50,316 bases of DNA from a virus (Duplodnaviria; Caudoviricetes). A model generated the notes under the pieces. It did no database searches, was not told the origin of the DNA, and worked only from the letters and a program-made list of their open reading frames with translations. Location: the IMG/VR virus record IMGVR_UViG_3300049220_000010, positions 1-50,316 of that record; one strand, written 5' to 3'. Below, piece after piece: positions 25,053 through 35,392 of this stretch; within the stretch, counting starts at the first letter, position 1, and every line of letters begins with the position of its first letter. The position numbers and the translations under genes are program-made.

Positions 25053-25795
25053 TATCTGTTTATTTCTCGGTTAATCCAATATTCAACATTTTTAATGTAT
25101 AACTGGTCAATTGTTCCTTGTGCAAGATTTCCAGCTTCTTCCATGAAATGAGTTGGTTGTATTCTTACCTGTTCCCTTTCTTTCATAACCAGTCTCATTT
25201 TAATGCTCACTTTTCCTTTTTTTGTTTTTCTAAAAGCCGTAACTCTTGCTACAAAATTACCTCTCATTGAATTTAGAAACATCGGTTTCCCTTCTTTATT
25301 AGCTTTGTAAGCTCTCGCAACAAATTTAGATTTATTTGTACCTCTATTTCTTCCCACTTGCGAACGACCCGAAATAATTTTGTCTTTGTCGTAGTAATTC
25401 TCTCTTCTTACAAACCCATTTACTTTACTTCCAGTTCTCGCATGTTTTAAATATTGTAAACCACCTTCAAGAACACCGCCTTTTTCCTGTTCGTTCATTT
25501 GCTGAACCGCTCGCCTTGCAGCAGGATTCCCCATGTCTAAAAATCCAACAGTTGCCTCCATAGAGTTGATATTCATTCCTGTTGCTTTTTCAACTCCTGT
25601 ATAACGTTTGAAGAATTGAGGAGCTTTGAGTCCATGAAAATTTTCTCTTACAGACGTTTGTAATGTTACTCTTTTCATGTAAAATGCAGCATCGTTTAAG
25701 GTTGAACGAATTGCTTTCGGGATTGCACTTCTATTCAATGCGGCTAGACGTCGAGTATATCCTTCAAGCTCTCTTGATTCTATATTTAGTCTCAT
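25052..25795 (-). CDS. Basic tail-completion/morphogenesis protein
   Basis: AIPKAIRSTLNDAA..PTHFMEEA; position in the tail module. Confidence 0.55.
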   Translation of the reverse strand: MRLNIESRELEGYTRRLAALNRSAIPKAIRSTLNDAAFYMKRVTLQTSVRENFHGLKAPQFFKRYTGVEKATGMNINSMEATVGFLDMGNPAARRAVQQMNEQEKGGVLEGGLQYLKHARTGSKVNGFVRRENYYDKDKIISGRSQVGRNRGTNKSKFVARAYKANKEGKPMFLNSMRGNFVARVTAFRKTKKGKVSIKMRLVMKEREQVRIQPTHFMEEAGNLAQGTIDQLYIKNVEYWINREINR

Positions 25796-25796
25796 T

Positions 25797-26963
25797 TTAA
25801 ATAGTCCATTTTACAGCATTTGATCCGTCGGTGTAATAGACATCTGTTGCAATTCTAAAAAGATTTCCTGCAAAATTAGGGAAATTTCCTAAATTAGAAA
25901 CAGAACCATTAAGATAAAAAGCTATTAATTCATCTTCGTAAAAAGTTACTATTCCACCAGCATAAGCGACAGCATTATTCGTTTTTACGAAAGTATTACT
26001 TAGTGTATAATTTGCTTGAAAATCTAATTGGTTATTTGCTAAATCTAATTTATAGCAAGCCAAAAGATTATCATTTATCGAGGAACTTGCGTCATTTGTT
26101 AAATAAATAAATTCCTGATCCATATACATATGAACGTTATAATCATCAATACCTCCATTTAAAGGATGGTCTATGCTTGGTAAATCAATAATACCACTAA
26201 CATCGACTGGGTCAATACTGCAAACCTTTATCTCTAAATTATTTATCAAATAAGCAAGACAAATAACTCTTCCTTCGTGAAAACCTATTGACTTAACTTC
26301 AGCTGTGTCGGAATAAAAAGCAGAAATTACTTCTTTTAAATTATAATTTTCAGGAAAGTCTGAATACAAATGTCCATTTTTTTCGTACCAAATTTTATTT
26401 GAGTTTTCGAGATATTGCACAGGTGTTCCAAATGTAGCAAATGTTCCACCTTGCGAAGAACCACCACCTCCATTTGAAAGATTGTAGGATCTTACGTTTG
26501 CTTGGTCTAATATAATTAAAAGCTCGTCACCAGTTTTAAACCCTGTTGAACTAAATGGGTAAAGGGTTGGTCCAGTTCCTTTGATATTAGCAACTCCTGC
26601 ATTATAATCTTCTGCTGCTCTTGCGAATAAAAAATATTTTGTTGGAACTAGGCTGAAATCAATGTTAATGTTCCACGTGGAACCATCGATATTTAAAATC
26701 TTTTCAGTGTCGTTAAGGTCATTAACATTTCTTTTTAAAGCATTAATAAATTGATAACCATTATTAGCACTATCTTCGATTTCGTTCGGAACAATACCTC
26801 TTTGACGCATATAAGCATACACATTCATTAAGAAGTCATTATAAACTTCTCTTACAACTGGAGTTCCTTCTTGAGTTCCTTCTATTTCGTTTTGAATTGC
26901 ACCATCAGGGAATTTAACGTAATTGTTATCATGTACTAAATTTTGTCCTTTTAAAGTTCTCAT
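25797..26963 (-). CDS. Tail fibre/receptor-binding-like protein
   Basis: N-terminal FPDG..GTPV..NGYQ anchor shared with 26975..27910; beta-rich C-terminus. Confidence 0.6.
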   Translation of the reverse strand: MRTLKGQNLVHDNNYVKFPDGAIQNEIEGTQEGTPVVREVYNDFLMNVYAYMRQRGIVPNEIEDSANNGYQFINALKRNVNDLNDTEKILNIDGSTWNINIDFSLVPTKYFLFARAAEDYNAGVANIKGTGPTLYPFSSTGFKTGDELLIILDQANVRSYNLSNGGGGSSQGGTFATFGTPVQYLENSNKIWYEKNGHLYSDFPENYNLKEVISAFYSDTAEVKSIGFHEGRVICLAYLINNLEIKVCSIDPVDVSGIIDLPSIDHPLNGGIDDYNVHMYMDQEFIYLTNDASSSINDNLLACYKLDLANNQLDFQANYTLSNTFVKTNNAVAYAGGIVTFYEDELIAFYLNGSVSNLGNFPNFAGNLFRIATDVYYTDGSNAVKWTI

Positions 26964-26974
26964 ATCTTTTGTTT

Positions 26975-27910
26975 TTATCCTATGTATTCAATAAATAATA
27001 CTGTTCTATAAGGAGGTAAGTTGTTGTGAGGTAAATCGCCTCCAGTATAGTCAGTCCATCCATCTTCGTTATTATATTCGTCAGGTCGAAAACCTTGTCC
27101 TTTAAATGCTTCTGCATATTGCATTGATTGACCGAAGTGTCTGTGACGTGGCATTTCTGCTTCTGTTAATTTATGAGTTTTTTCACCACCCATTTTCCCT
27201 AATACATTAAATTCCGCCTCTAAAACATTCATTCCGACTGGAAAACGACCTCTCCAATCTTCAACTTCTCTCCATCCTGCTGGAATGTCAACTGCTGGTT
27301 TATTCCAAAAAACCATTGCACCGTTCGCGATAAAAACAGACATAATTTTTGTCCAACTCGTAAAAGTATTGGTTATAGTTGTAATTGTTTCAGCTAAATT
27401 CGGCACTGTTTGACTATCGTATAATCCAGTTATGTTAATAGCATTGCTATAATTAATTATCCTAACGAATTGACCCGCTTTCCAGCCTCCTACAATAGTT
27501 AACGGCTTGGAAGCAGCATCGTTGCCAATAATAGTATTCAAAGTTCCAACAGAGTCGAAATCAGTCTTGAATGTAATTGCTTCTTCTAGTTTTAAAGCCG
27601 AAACTTTACAAGGAATTGTCAATGTAGTAGCATTTGTTTTAACAATGTTTCTAATCAAATCATTTTTACCAGCCAACTCCATAAAAGCATTATAAAGCTG
27701 ATATCCATTGGTATTATTGTCTGGAAGACCATTATAAGGCTCTTTTGCATCACGCATAATTTTTGCATGAAATTCATGTATATCGCCATAAACTTGCTCG
27801 TTCACTGGCGTTCCATTTCCGGAACCATCGTTATTTCTAATTCTGCCATCAGGATAATCAGCTGGATTGCTGTTATCAATGTTCGGTTGTGTTGCTTTAT
27901 TTCTTGCCAT
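26975..27910 (-). CDS. Tail fibre protein with collar-type domain
   Basis: IPAGW..DWRGRFPVG..GGEKTHKLTEAEMPRHRH..HNNLPPY. Confidence 0.8.
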   Translation of the reverse strand: MARNKATQPNIDNSNPADYPDGRIRNNDGSGNGTPVNEQVYGDIHEFHAKIMRDAKEPYNGLPDNNTNGYQLYNAFMELAGKNDLIRNIVKTNATTLTIPCKVSALKLEEAITFKTDFDSVGTLNTIIGNDAASKPLTIVGGWKAGQFVRIINYSNAINITGLYDSQTVPNLAETITTITNTFTSWTKIMSVFIANGAMVFWNKPAVDIPAGWREVEDWRGRFPVGMNVLEAEFNVLGKMGGEKTHKLTEAEMPRHRHFGQSMQYAEAFKGQGFRPDEYNNEDGWTDYTGGDLPHNNLPPYRTVLFIEYIG

Positions 27911-27912
27911 TT

Positions 27913-28704
27913 CTATACATAATTTATAAATGTGAAAGCCACTAAATGAGCAGGCTTTAATTTTAAAATCAATTCTCTAAATTCTTGTTTTCTGTTAGCA
28001 TCAACAGTTCCTTTTTGATACAAACCATTCGGCGAAGCGATGAAAAATGTAGCCCAAAGATTTTGATTACCACCAGTTGAATAACTTTCCTCTCCTGCTT
28101 CGTTTGCAATTACCTCGAAATTTCCATCACCGTGTTGTGTTGAATTTCCATGTTGTGTAATTCCTCCGTGTTGAGTAACTGCTATCGCGTTGCCGCCAAC
28201 CTCTAAAGGTGTCATGTAATAATACTGTCCATTTATATCATAAAAAATATTCGCGTAAACTTTAACATCGGTGAAGCCGTATAATTCTATTTGTTTTTGA
28301 ATATATGCCAAACTTTGTCGAGCTTTAATATTTCTCGGAAAAGACAATTTATTAACAATGATTTGTTTTCTTAACTCAATTGTTAAATTCGGGTTACTAA
28401 TCAATCCTAATTTTCCTTCCCAATAAATACAGTCTTTTTCGTCAAATTCTTCGTTGTCAGGTATGGCAGAATTAAGAAAAGATAAACAATCTTCTCTTAA
28501 TTGAAGAAAAGATTCATTTATCGCTTTATGTAACTGCTCAAAATGATTACCATTAAATAATCTCCATGCTCTACCAGTTGGATAAAGTTGGTCTGTTAAA
28601 TCTAATAGTTGTTTCACCTCACGAGGTGCAGTCGGGAATTTATGAGGTGTCTTAAATCCAAACTTGGTTGAAGACTTATGTACAGTATCTTTATAATCAG
28701 ACAT
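27913..28704 (-). CDS. Baseplate wedge protein (Mu gp48-like)
   Basis: LYPTGRAW..WEGKLGL..LKPAH; follows the J-like gene. Confidence 0.75.
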   Translation of the reverse strand: MSDYKDTVHKSSTKFGFKTPHKFPTAPREVKQLLDLTDQLYPTGRAWRLFNGNHFEQLHKAINESFLQLREDCLSFLNSAIPDNEEFDEKDCIYWEGKLGLISNPNLTIELRKQIIVNKLSFPRNIKARQSLAYIQKQIELYGFTDVKVYANIFYDINGQYYYMTPLEVGGNAIAVTQHGGITQHGNSTQHGDGNFEVIANEAGEESYSTGGNQNLWATFFIASPNGLYQKGTVDANRKQEFRELILKLKPAHLVAFTFINYV

Positions 28705-29878
28705 AATTAATATTTCTTAAATATGGTATATTAGCAAAACTGAATCTAAAGTTAGGAACCTCTTGACCATCCACATACATTTTAAAGTTTTGAAAGAAAT
28801 TGTTATTTCCTAACGAATCACTGATTGTATTTTGCATTTGACCAGCATAAAGAATGTCATTTCTATTTTTTTGCAGATCTGCACCGAAAATAAAAGGTCT
28901 TACATCAAGCAAAAATAAATCTAAATTATTTTTAATTAATGCTTGAATTTCAATGTTGTTCTCCTGCAAACCAATTATATCAATATCAACAGGTCTTAAT
29001 GTAATAGGCAAAACTTCAAGAATAGCCTGCATTGGCAATCTTCCTCTATCATTTATATCCATGCTCGTGTCCGGATCCATGTAAATAACCTCTTCAACAT
29101 TGTTGAGCATTATTTGACTTGGTGTTCCATTTCCGTCTGTTGAGTCTTCTTTGTTTGCTTCGACAAAAACCTGAACAACACCAGCTTCATTTTCTTTTAC
29201 ATACGGATAAACTTGTCTTACTCCCTGAGCGTCTTGAGCCCAAATACGATAATCGGTTCTTGCTCCGCCTTGAGGTTCTAATTGTATAGCGTCTATGATT
29301 TTTTTCCTGTATTCTTCTATACTTTCAGAGGCTATTGGTAGTTCTACGATCTCAACAATTTGAACAGTGTTTTCAACGCCAATTACGGGCTCTGTAATAG
29401 TAAGCTCGTCGTCTACTTTTAAAATGTTTTCTCCGCCCGTTTCAAGCGAGCGTATTAAAAAAACATTATCATCTTCGTTAGCTGATAAATAATGGTCTTC
29501 TTCGGAAATAAACATTTTTCCGGGATTTGTGGAATCGTCATTACTTTTCAAAGTTAATCCAGTTCTAAGAAAAGAGTTTTCTACTCCATAAACCTGAATC
29601 CTATAATAACCGTTTGTTGCTGGTTTTGGCTGTCGATTTAGATATATTTGTCCAAGTCTATTCAAAGTACCGCCATTTTCAGCAGAATCGGCTGTATCTG
29701 GAAATAATTGATTTCTAATATCGTCGAGGTATAAATAAGAAAGTTTAAATTCGCCTGACAAGACAACCGATACGGCATCTAAAACGAATTTTAAATCTGA
29801 ATCGCTTATATCCAAATTACTTTTCAACGAAGAGTTAATTCGAGTATGCAGTTGTTTTGTAGTTGGAATCTGTTTCAT
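28697..29878 (-). CDS. Baseplate J-like protein (Mu gp47)
   Basis: QLFPDTAD, ESIEEYRKKI..PQGGARTDYRIWA and GVVQVF motifs. Confidence 0.9.
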   Translation of the reverse strand: MKQIPTTKQLHTRINSSLKSNLDISDSDLKFVLDAVSVVLSGEFKLSYLYLDDIRNQLFPDTADSAENGGTLNRLGQIYLNRQPKPATNGYYRIQVYGVENSFLRTGLTLKSNDDSTNPGKMFISEEDHYLSANEDDNVFLIRSLETGGENILKVDDELTITEPVIGVENTVQIVEIVELPIASESIEEYRKKIIDAIQLEPQGGARTDYRIWAQDAQGVRQVYPYVKENEAGVVQVFVEANKEDSTDGNGTPSQIMLNNVEEVIYMDPDTSMDINDRGRLPMQAILEVLPITLRPVDIDIIGLQENNIEIQALIKNNLDLFLLDVRPFIFGADLQKNRNDILYAGQMQNTISDSLGNNNFFQNFKMYVDGQEVPNFRFSFANIPYLRNINYV

Positions 29879-30354
29879 ATTAATTTTTGAATTATTACTT
29901 CTTTTTTCGAGTTATCCCAAGCGAATTGAAGTATTTTATCTTCTTTGTTTTTTAGTTCTTGGAATTGAACCAATATATTTACTCTGTTTTGATTAACAAT
30001 TTGAATGTTAATTTTCATATCCACCACGTTTTGAAGAAATTTAAGATCGTTTTTTACTGATTGTTCTATTTCTAAACGCCCTGCACTATTCAAAACAGTA
30101 TTATTTAAAACTCTTTCTGTCTCAGAATTAAATTGTTTTTCTTGCCTGTCTCCAAAAATTAACGAATTTCCCCACCAATCATATCTTTTTTCGCTGGAAA
30201 GTTCATTTCCTTTTGTGCTTGCTTCAACATTTCCTCCAAATAAAGATATATATATTTGATGGATTAATGTTTCGGTGGATCCTAAATCATTATTGCTAAT
30301 AAATAAGTCTCCACCGTCAGAAGTTTCATATAATGCTATGTCTTTTCCTTTCAT
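29875..30354 (-). CDS. Baseplate protein (Mu gp46-like)
   Basis: GGDL..ISLFGG..WWGN..DLKFL. Confidence 0.75.
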   Translation of the reverse strand: MKGKDIALYETSDGGDLFISNNDLGSTETLIHQIYISLFGGNVEASTKGNELSSEKRYDWWGNSLIFGDRQEKQFNSETERVLNNTVLNSAGRLEIEQSVKNDLKFLQNVVDMKINIQIVNQNRVNILVQFQELKNKEDKILQFAWDNSKKEVIIQKLI

Positions 30355-32342
30355 TTTCTTCCGTTTGTTGGTGTTACTTTTACAGGAATCGCAAGTGGTC
30401 CTCTTTGTTGTACTCCTGCACTTCCGCCAAAAGGATTATTTAAATTAATATCGACTAAATTACGAGTCGTGTTAACATTTTCGTTTGTGATTTGCCCTTG
30501 TTTCACGGTTGGATTTGAAAGTGCTGGTGTGCTTTTATTTTCGGACGAATCAGAAGATTGAACGTCTAAAGCGGCTCGCATTGCTGTCACATTTTGTAAT
30601 CCATTTGTCGCTAATTTAGACAATCCAGGAATTTTTGCCAATGCAGCCAATAACATTTGAACAGGTTTAAGCATTACATCAAATAAAACTCGACCAATTG
30701 CCATCAACCCAGCTTTAATTCCGCCTTCTTGGAATGCTTTTTTCACCATATCCCAGTTTTTGATTAAAGTCATTATAAAATCAATAACCAATCCTAAAGG
30801 ACCTAAGAATTTCACAACAGTTGATCCCCACTCGTCCCAATAATAAATGATCGCAACAACAAAGCCGATTAAGGCAGCAATTCCTACAATTATTAATCCT
30901 ATTGGGTTCGCGGTCATAGCAGCATTCCACAGCCATTGTGCAGCCGTTACAACCTTCATGACACCAGCCCAAAGCCACATCGCCTTCTCGGAAACTAATG
31001 TCGTGATATACCAAGCTCTCAGGGCTAATGTATTGGTTCCTAAAGAAATTGCTGAACTTGTATTCAATGCGGCAAAAATACCCAGTATAATATTATACGC
31101 AGCCATTGCAATCATTGCCGCCCAAATAGTGCCTCTAACTATTAGAAACCACTTTACAAACGTTGCAACGGAAGTAATTACCAAGTCTATGTTATCAGCA
31201 AGCCAAACAAGCCGATCTTTTACATTTGTTAATGTTGGATTTAAACTATCTCCTGATACAGCCCAATTCACAAATGAATTTTTAACTTCTTCCACTCTGT
31301 TTTTTAAAGTGTCAGAATTGGTTGCGGCTTGCTCTTGAGCTTTGTTTGTTTCTCTGATTTTGGCTTCCCATTCATCGTAAGTTTTAAGATTGGAAAAAAT
31401 AACATTACCAGCCGTTAAATTCTCTTTGCCGAAAACATTCGCGACAGCAATTGCGTCGTTTTGAATTTTACTCAATTCTTTCAATCTTACTCCTAATGGT
31501 TTTGTTTTATCCATTAATAAGTTAAGATTAACATTGTGTTTTTGTAAAGAAGCGAGAGCTGGTTTCGGAAGACCTTTCGCGGTTGCCAAAACATTTAATA
31601 AGTTTCTTGCACCGACAGCGATTTTCGTATGGTCCATCTGTTTACCAAGCGTTTCAATTAAAGCTACCGATTCAGATAGTTCAACATTCGCACCATAAGC
31701 GTTCGCTCCAAATTCTTTCAATCCTTCTGCAACCTTCGCCGTAGAAACAGAACCTACAATCTCCCCAGCCGTAAGAATATTGATTGTTTTATTAGCTTCT
31801 TCTGCTCCTAGTTTAAATTGATTCATTACAGACGTTAAATTCTCTAATGTTGGAGTAAGCTCGGTTCTCGCCGCCTTAGATAAAGTAATACCTGCTTCAG
31901 TAATTTGTCCTAAAGCCTTTGGATTGTCCAAGTATTGAGACATTGCCGAACCGATTACTTCGAAACTCGAAGCCACATCAATTGCTGATTTTTTAGACCG
32001 TTTGGCAATGTCTTCAACTTGACCTTTAAATTTATCTGAACTTTCGCCCGTAACAGCAGAAAGGGAGTGCAAGGCTGTTTCGTAGTCCATGACTGAGTCA
32101 ATGCCAAATTTCGCTCCTGCGAATGCAGCCGCTCCAAGCGACGCAGCGGAGACATAATTGAGCATTTCTTTTCCAGCATCACCGATTGAAGGCGTTAATT
32201 TATTGAACCATTTATCGGCAGTTCCTACTCCACGCTGAGCTCTATTCATAGAGTTCATTGTGTTTCTTCCTAATCGGTTAACAACATTTGAAACCCTGTC
32301 AACGGCTGTAAATATTGTCGGAACTTGTAATGTAGCTGCCAT
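30351..32342 (-). CDS. Tape measure protein
   Basis: 663 aa, Ala-rich, with AAQWLWNAAMTANPIGLII and hydrophobic segments. Confidence 0.9.
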   Translation of the reverse strand: MAATLQVPTIFTAVDRVSNVVNRLGRNTMNSMNRAQRGVGTADKWFNKLTPSIGDAGKEMLNYVSAASLGAAAFAGAKFGIDSVMDYETALHSLSAVTGESSDKFKGQVEDIAKRSKKSAIDVASSFEVIGSAMSQYLDNPKALGQITEAGITLSKAARTELTPTLENLTSVMNQFKLGAEEANKTINILTAGEIVGSVSTAKVAEGLKEFGANAYGANVELSESVALIETLGKQMDHTKIAVGARNLLNVLATAKGLPKPALASLQKHNVNLNLLMDKTKPLGVRLKELSKIQNDAIAVANVFGKENLTAGNVIFSNLKTYDEWEAKIRETNKAQEQAATNSDTLKNRVEEVKNSFVNWAVSGDSLNPTLTNVKDRLVWLADNIDLVITSVATFVKWFLIVRGTIWAAMIAMAAYNIILGIFAALNTSSAISLGTNTLALRAWYITTLVSEKAMWLWAGVMKVVTAAQWLWNAAMTANPIGLIIVGIAALIGFVVAIIYYWDEWGSTVVKFLGPLGLVIDFIMTLIKNWDMVKKAFQEGGIKAGLMAIGRVLFDVMLKPVQMLLAALAKIPGLSKLATNGLQNVTAMRAALDVQSSDSSENKSTPALSNPTVKQGQITNENVNTTRNLVDINLNNPFGGSAGVQQRGPLAIPVKVTPTNGRK

Positions 32343-32537
32343 TTATTTTTTCTTATTATTTGCTTCAATTTCGTCGTGCTGTTCTTTGACGTCTTTGTAC
32401 CAATATCTTAAACCAAAATAGTCTTCGTCGTCGCAATACATATCGTTTATTTTATCAGGTGAAGCCCAGTCGAAACTTCGCGAAACTGTTTTAATAATAT
32501 TCTTTAAACTCTCTTCGCTGGGATACCTTACAAAAAA
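32343..32537 (-). CDS. -1 frameshift extension of the tail assembly chaperone (gpGT-like)
   Basis: Slippery T TTT TTG before the TAA at 32530; the -1 frame stays open to TAA 32345-32343, abutting the tape measure ATG. Confidence 0.8.
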   Translation of the reverse strand, partial: FFVRYPSEESLKNIIKTVSRSFDWASPDKINDMYCDDEDYFGLRYWYKDVKEQHDEIEANNKKK

Positions 32538-32986
32538 ACTGTCGAAACTTGTTCAATTACTTTATAATCAAATTTTTCTAATTTGTCCAACATTGCGACA
32601 GGCTGACCAGTAATATAAGCAAGACATCTCAACGTGTACTCAATTTGGTTTTTCCCAATATCCAAACCTTTCATAATATCTCTTAATTGAGTAGGTTTAA
32701 TTCTTGTTCTAAAAGAAACACTATCAAGAGCTACTTGTTTGTCTTCATTTAAGATTGGATATTTTAATTTAAATGAAGGAATTGAGTCTGAGTTAAAAGA
32801 AAGAAGTCCCGACTGCATTGCTTGAATTACTTGTGGGTAATCGTTTTCGACTTTAAATTCGTCTTTCTTTGTTTCCTCAAATTTCTCAATAAATTTTTGG
32901 ATTTCTTGGATTGCCATTTCTTTTGTAATTGCTTCTTTTGAAACATTCGCAAAATAATCTACTTTTTCGTCTTCTAAATTGTTCAT
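32528..32986 (-). CDS. Tail assembly chaperone (gpG-like)
   Basis: Between tube and tape measure; ends in a slippery site. Confidence 0.8.
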   Translation of the reverse strand: MNNLEDEKVDYFANVSKEAITKEMAIQEIQKFIEKFEETKKDEFKVENDYPQVIQAMQSGLLSFNSDSIPSFKLKYPILNEDKQVALDSVSFRTRIKPTQLRDIMKGLDIGKNQIEYTLRCLAYITGQPVAMLDKLEKFDYKVIEQVSTVFL

Positions 32987-33018
32987 TTTTTAAAGATTTA
33001 ATTGTTTTACTTAAAAAA

Positions 33019-33049
33019 CAAAGATAAATATTATAAAACTATCAACAAA
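33019..33049 (-). promoter_or_regulatory. Minus-strand promoter for the chaperone/tape measure/baseplate genes
   Basis: TTTG 33049-33046, 19 nt, TATCTTTG 33026-33019. Confidence 0.65.
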
Positions 33050-33080
33050 GAAAAATAATTGAAAATTTATAGAAAAAAAA

Positions 33081-33112
33081 TTTGGAGCGTATTGATATAG
33101 ATGCTATATTTG
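33081..33112 (+). promoter_or_regulatory. Sigma70-type promoter of an inserted gene
   Basis: TTTG 33081-33084, 20 nt, TATATTTG 33105-33112. Confidence 0.8.
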
Positions 33113-33144
33113 TCATATAATTAAACCAATAAAAAACAAACATT

Positions 33145-33366
33145 ATGAAAACAATTAAAAAAAGCGAAGAAAAAGATTTAAAAGTTTGGGCTGTTTTCCA
33201 AATACCTACAAAAGAAGCGAAAATATTTGCAGGAGCTCAGCCTGTTCAAGTAAGTGAGCTAATGACAAACAATGATGCTCACGATTATTGCAAGAACATG
33301 AATCAATGTGGATATATTGATGAGATGATTTTAAGATATGATGTTATATTAGTAGAAAAATACTGA
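33145..33366 (+). CDS. Hypothetical protein; moron inserted antisense in the tail operon
   Basis: Own promoter, AAACAAACATT leader and terminator. Confidence 0.8.
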   Translation: MKTIKKSEEKDLKVWAVFQIPTKEAKIFAGAQPVQVSELMTNNDAHDYCKNMNQCGYIDEMILRYDVILVEKY

Positions 33367-33374
33367 TCTAAAAT

Positions 33375-33408
33375 AAAATCCCCACTGTCTCACGAGTGGG
33401 GATTTTTT
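33375..33408. terminator. Bidirectional intrinsic terminator
   Basis: AAAATCCCCACT-GTCTCACG-AGTGGGGATTTT between convergent genes. Confidence 0.85.
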
Positions 33409-33429
33409 AAAAAGCAATCCTATGAAAAA

Positions 33430-33837
33430 CTATATTTTCTCCATTTTGCCACCTCCGGCAACTTTAAGAGTTGAATTTACATTATTCGAGTCGATGTTAA
33501 AATCTCCTACTGGCATTCCTGTTCCTCTGTAAATTGCTCCTGAAATATGAGTAATTGTCCATGTTCCAGCCTCAGCACTTTCCATGAGTTTTGGCACATC
33601 TGTTAGTTCTTTCGAAGTAAGTAAGTCGACCGCAATTGGTCCTTCCATACTCCATAAGACTCTATTCTTCTGTACAATCATAGAGCCATCTCCTGTTACG
33701 TTGTTTGCATCGTCAGCATTTCTGATACCTCCAGGATCTAAGGTAAAGCTTTCATTAGATTTTGGGTAAAATCTAAAATCTCCTAATGTTGGGTGATTAC
33801 ATGCAATTTCTGTAATATCTCCGCCTATAAAATTCAT
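33430..33837 (-). CDS. Tail tube protein
   Basis: 135 aa, immediately downstream of the sheath. Confidence 0.75.
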   Translation of the reverse strand: MNFIGGDITEIACNHPTLGDFRFYPKSNESFTLDPGGIRNADDANNVTGDGSMIVQKNRVLWSMEGPIAVDLLTSKELTDVPKLMESAEAGTWTITHISGAIYRGTGMPVGDFNIDSNNVNSTLKVAGGGKMEKI

Positions 33838-33856
33838 GTGTTAATATTTTTAAATG

Positions 33857-35377
33857 TTAAAATCCTGCTTCAGCCGTAGTCGACTCAATCCTTGCAATTC
33901 CAGTTCTTTTATATCTGAAAAACGTGTCAAATCTGTTTGGATTTGTTTCGTTAATTCCTACTCTTAACGACTCTTTTGAAAAAGCAGGGTCGTTAATTAA
34001 AGCTCTTTCGCCTAAATCTTCAAAAAGATCAAACAAAATAGCCTTCCATTCTTTCGGCTTGATTGCCATCGTTGAAGATGTAACTTGATTGTCCATAATT
34101 AAAACTTTATCTCTAAGTTTAATTATTTCTAAAACCGAATAAGCATCTTTTACGTTCCAGTCAAGATTTAAATTCCTGCAATAATTGAATTGCAAAGGTC
34201 TTTCACCTTCAGGGTGGTAAGTTGTTACTAAATCTTGAATTTCATAAACTCCTTTATTAAGAATTACGGTCGAACAACCTTTCTTAATTAAGAAATCTCT
34301 ATTGTTATAGAAAGACATATCGCCAATATTAGCGTCTAAAGGAATTGGCATATCGGGAAATGGTTTTCCGTTAATATCGCTTTCAGGTGTGTCTTGCATT
34401 GTTCTTGCAAATAGCCTCACAACATTGGTTGCTGCTTCCCATGGAAAAGCCTTTGAAGCGGGTGCAGGACAAAGAACATTTGTTACCTGATTTACCCTTG
34501 CTGCATCATTTGTTATATCAGAAAGTACTGTAATGTCTGTTTCTACGCTTCCGAAAAACGCCATAAAAGGTTTGAATGTTGTTGCAGCATATCTTCCAGT
34601 TGGTGTTTCTGTTGATGGTGTTCCGTTAAACTGCTCAAGCGTTTCGAAATGCTCTTCACCGTAAGGATTAATTACGCACGTGTACCAATCCGAACCAAAC
34701 TGATTCAGGCTATCGATAATAGCCGGAGTTCCCGTTCCCGCTGTATTGGTAGTCATTGCATAAGTAATACCAGCACCATCGCCATTATTATTAAATTCAA
34801 CTTGCAAAAATGAAGATGTTAACCCTTTCCATTTTGTAGTCAATATTAATTCGGTTGTTGCTCCCGTTGCTGCGATAGGAGACGATAAAACATTGTTAAT
34901 GGCATCTCTAATTTTAGCAGCAATCTGCGACGCTGTTTCTCCTTTCACAATATTGAAAGAATATGTTTGGTAGTCCAAATTTTCTCTACCAGCCACACGA
35001 ATTAAATGAGTTGTGCTTTTCGTTGCTGTTCCCGTAACGGACCAATTTTGAACCGTTGCAGTTGATCCAACAGCCTCCAATTGAGGGAAAACGATAGTAG
35101 GTATTCCACCAACTCCATCACTATCAACAGGACGTAAAATCCTCATTATTTGATGAATTGGCGAACCATAACCATAAATTCTTCCTGCTTCTTCCGATGA
35201 AGTAATTTCTCTTTTATCCGTGTTAATAGATGATTGAGCAGCCGTATTCGCTTCACCTAATATTGCAATGATTTGAGGGAGGTTGTCAGTCGTATTTTGA
35301 AAATTCCCTTTTTTGATGTTGTATCCGGAAGTTCGGCTTAATCTTTCGGTTCCAATGGCTGTTGAAATATAGCTCAT
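33857..35377 (-). CDS. Contractile tail sheath protein (Mu gpL-like)
   Basis: EAGRIYGYGS, LTTKWKG, RDFLIKKGCST..DLVTTY and NPNRFD motifs. Confidence 0.85.
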   Translation of the reverse strand: MSYISTAIGTERLSRTSGYNIKKGNFQNTTDNLPQIIAILGEANTAAQSSINTDKREITSSEEAGRIYGYGSPIHQIMRILRPVDSDGVGGIPTIVFPQLEAVGSTATVQNWSVTGTATKSTTHLIRVAGRENLDYQTYSFNIVKGETASQIAAKIRDAINNVLSSPIAATGATTELILTTKWKGLTSSFLQVEFNNNGDGAGITYAMTTNTAGTGTPAIIDSLNQFGSDWYTCVINPYGEEHFETLEQFNGTPSTETPTGRYAATTFKPFMAFFGSVETDITVLSDITNDAARVNQVTNVLCPAPASKAFPWEAATNVVRLFARTMQDTPESDINGKPFPDMPIPLDANIGDMSFYNNRDFLIKKGCSTVILNKGVYEIQDLVTTYHPEGERPLQFNYCRNLNLDWNVKDAYSVLEIIKLRDKVLIMDNQVTSSTMAIKPKEWKAILFDLFEDLGERALINDPAFSKESLRVGINETNPNRFDTFFRYKRTGIARIESTTAEAGF

Positions 35378-35392
35378 TTCGTTATTTTTTTA

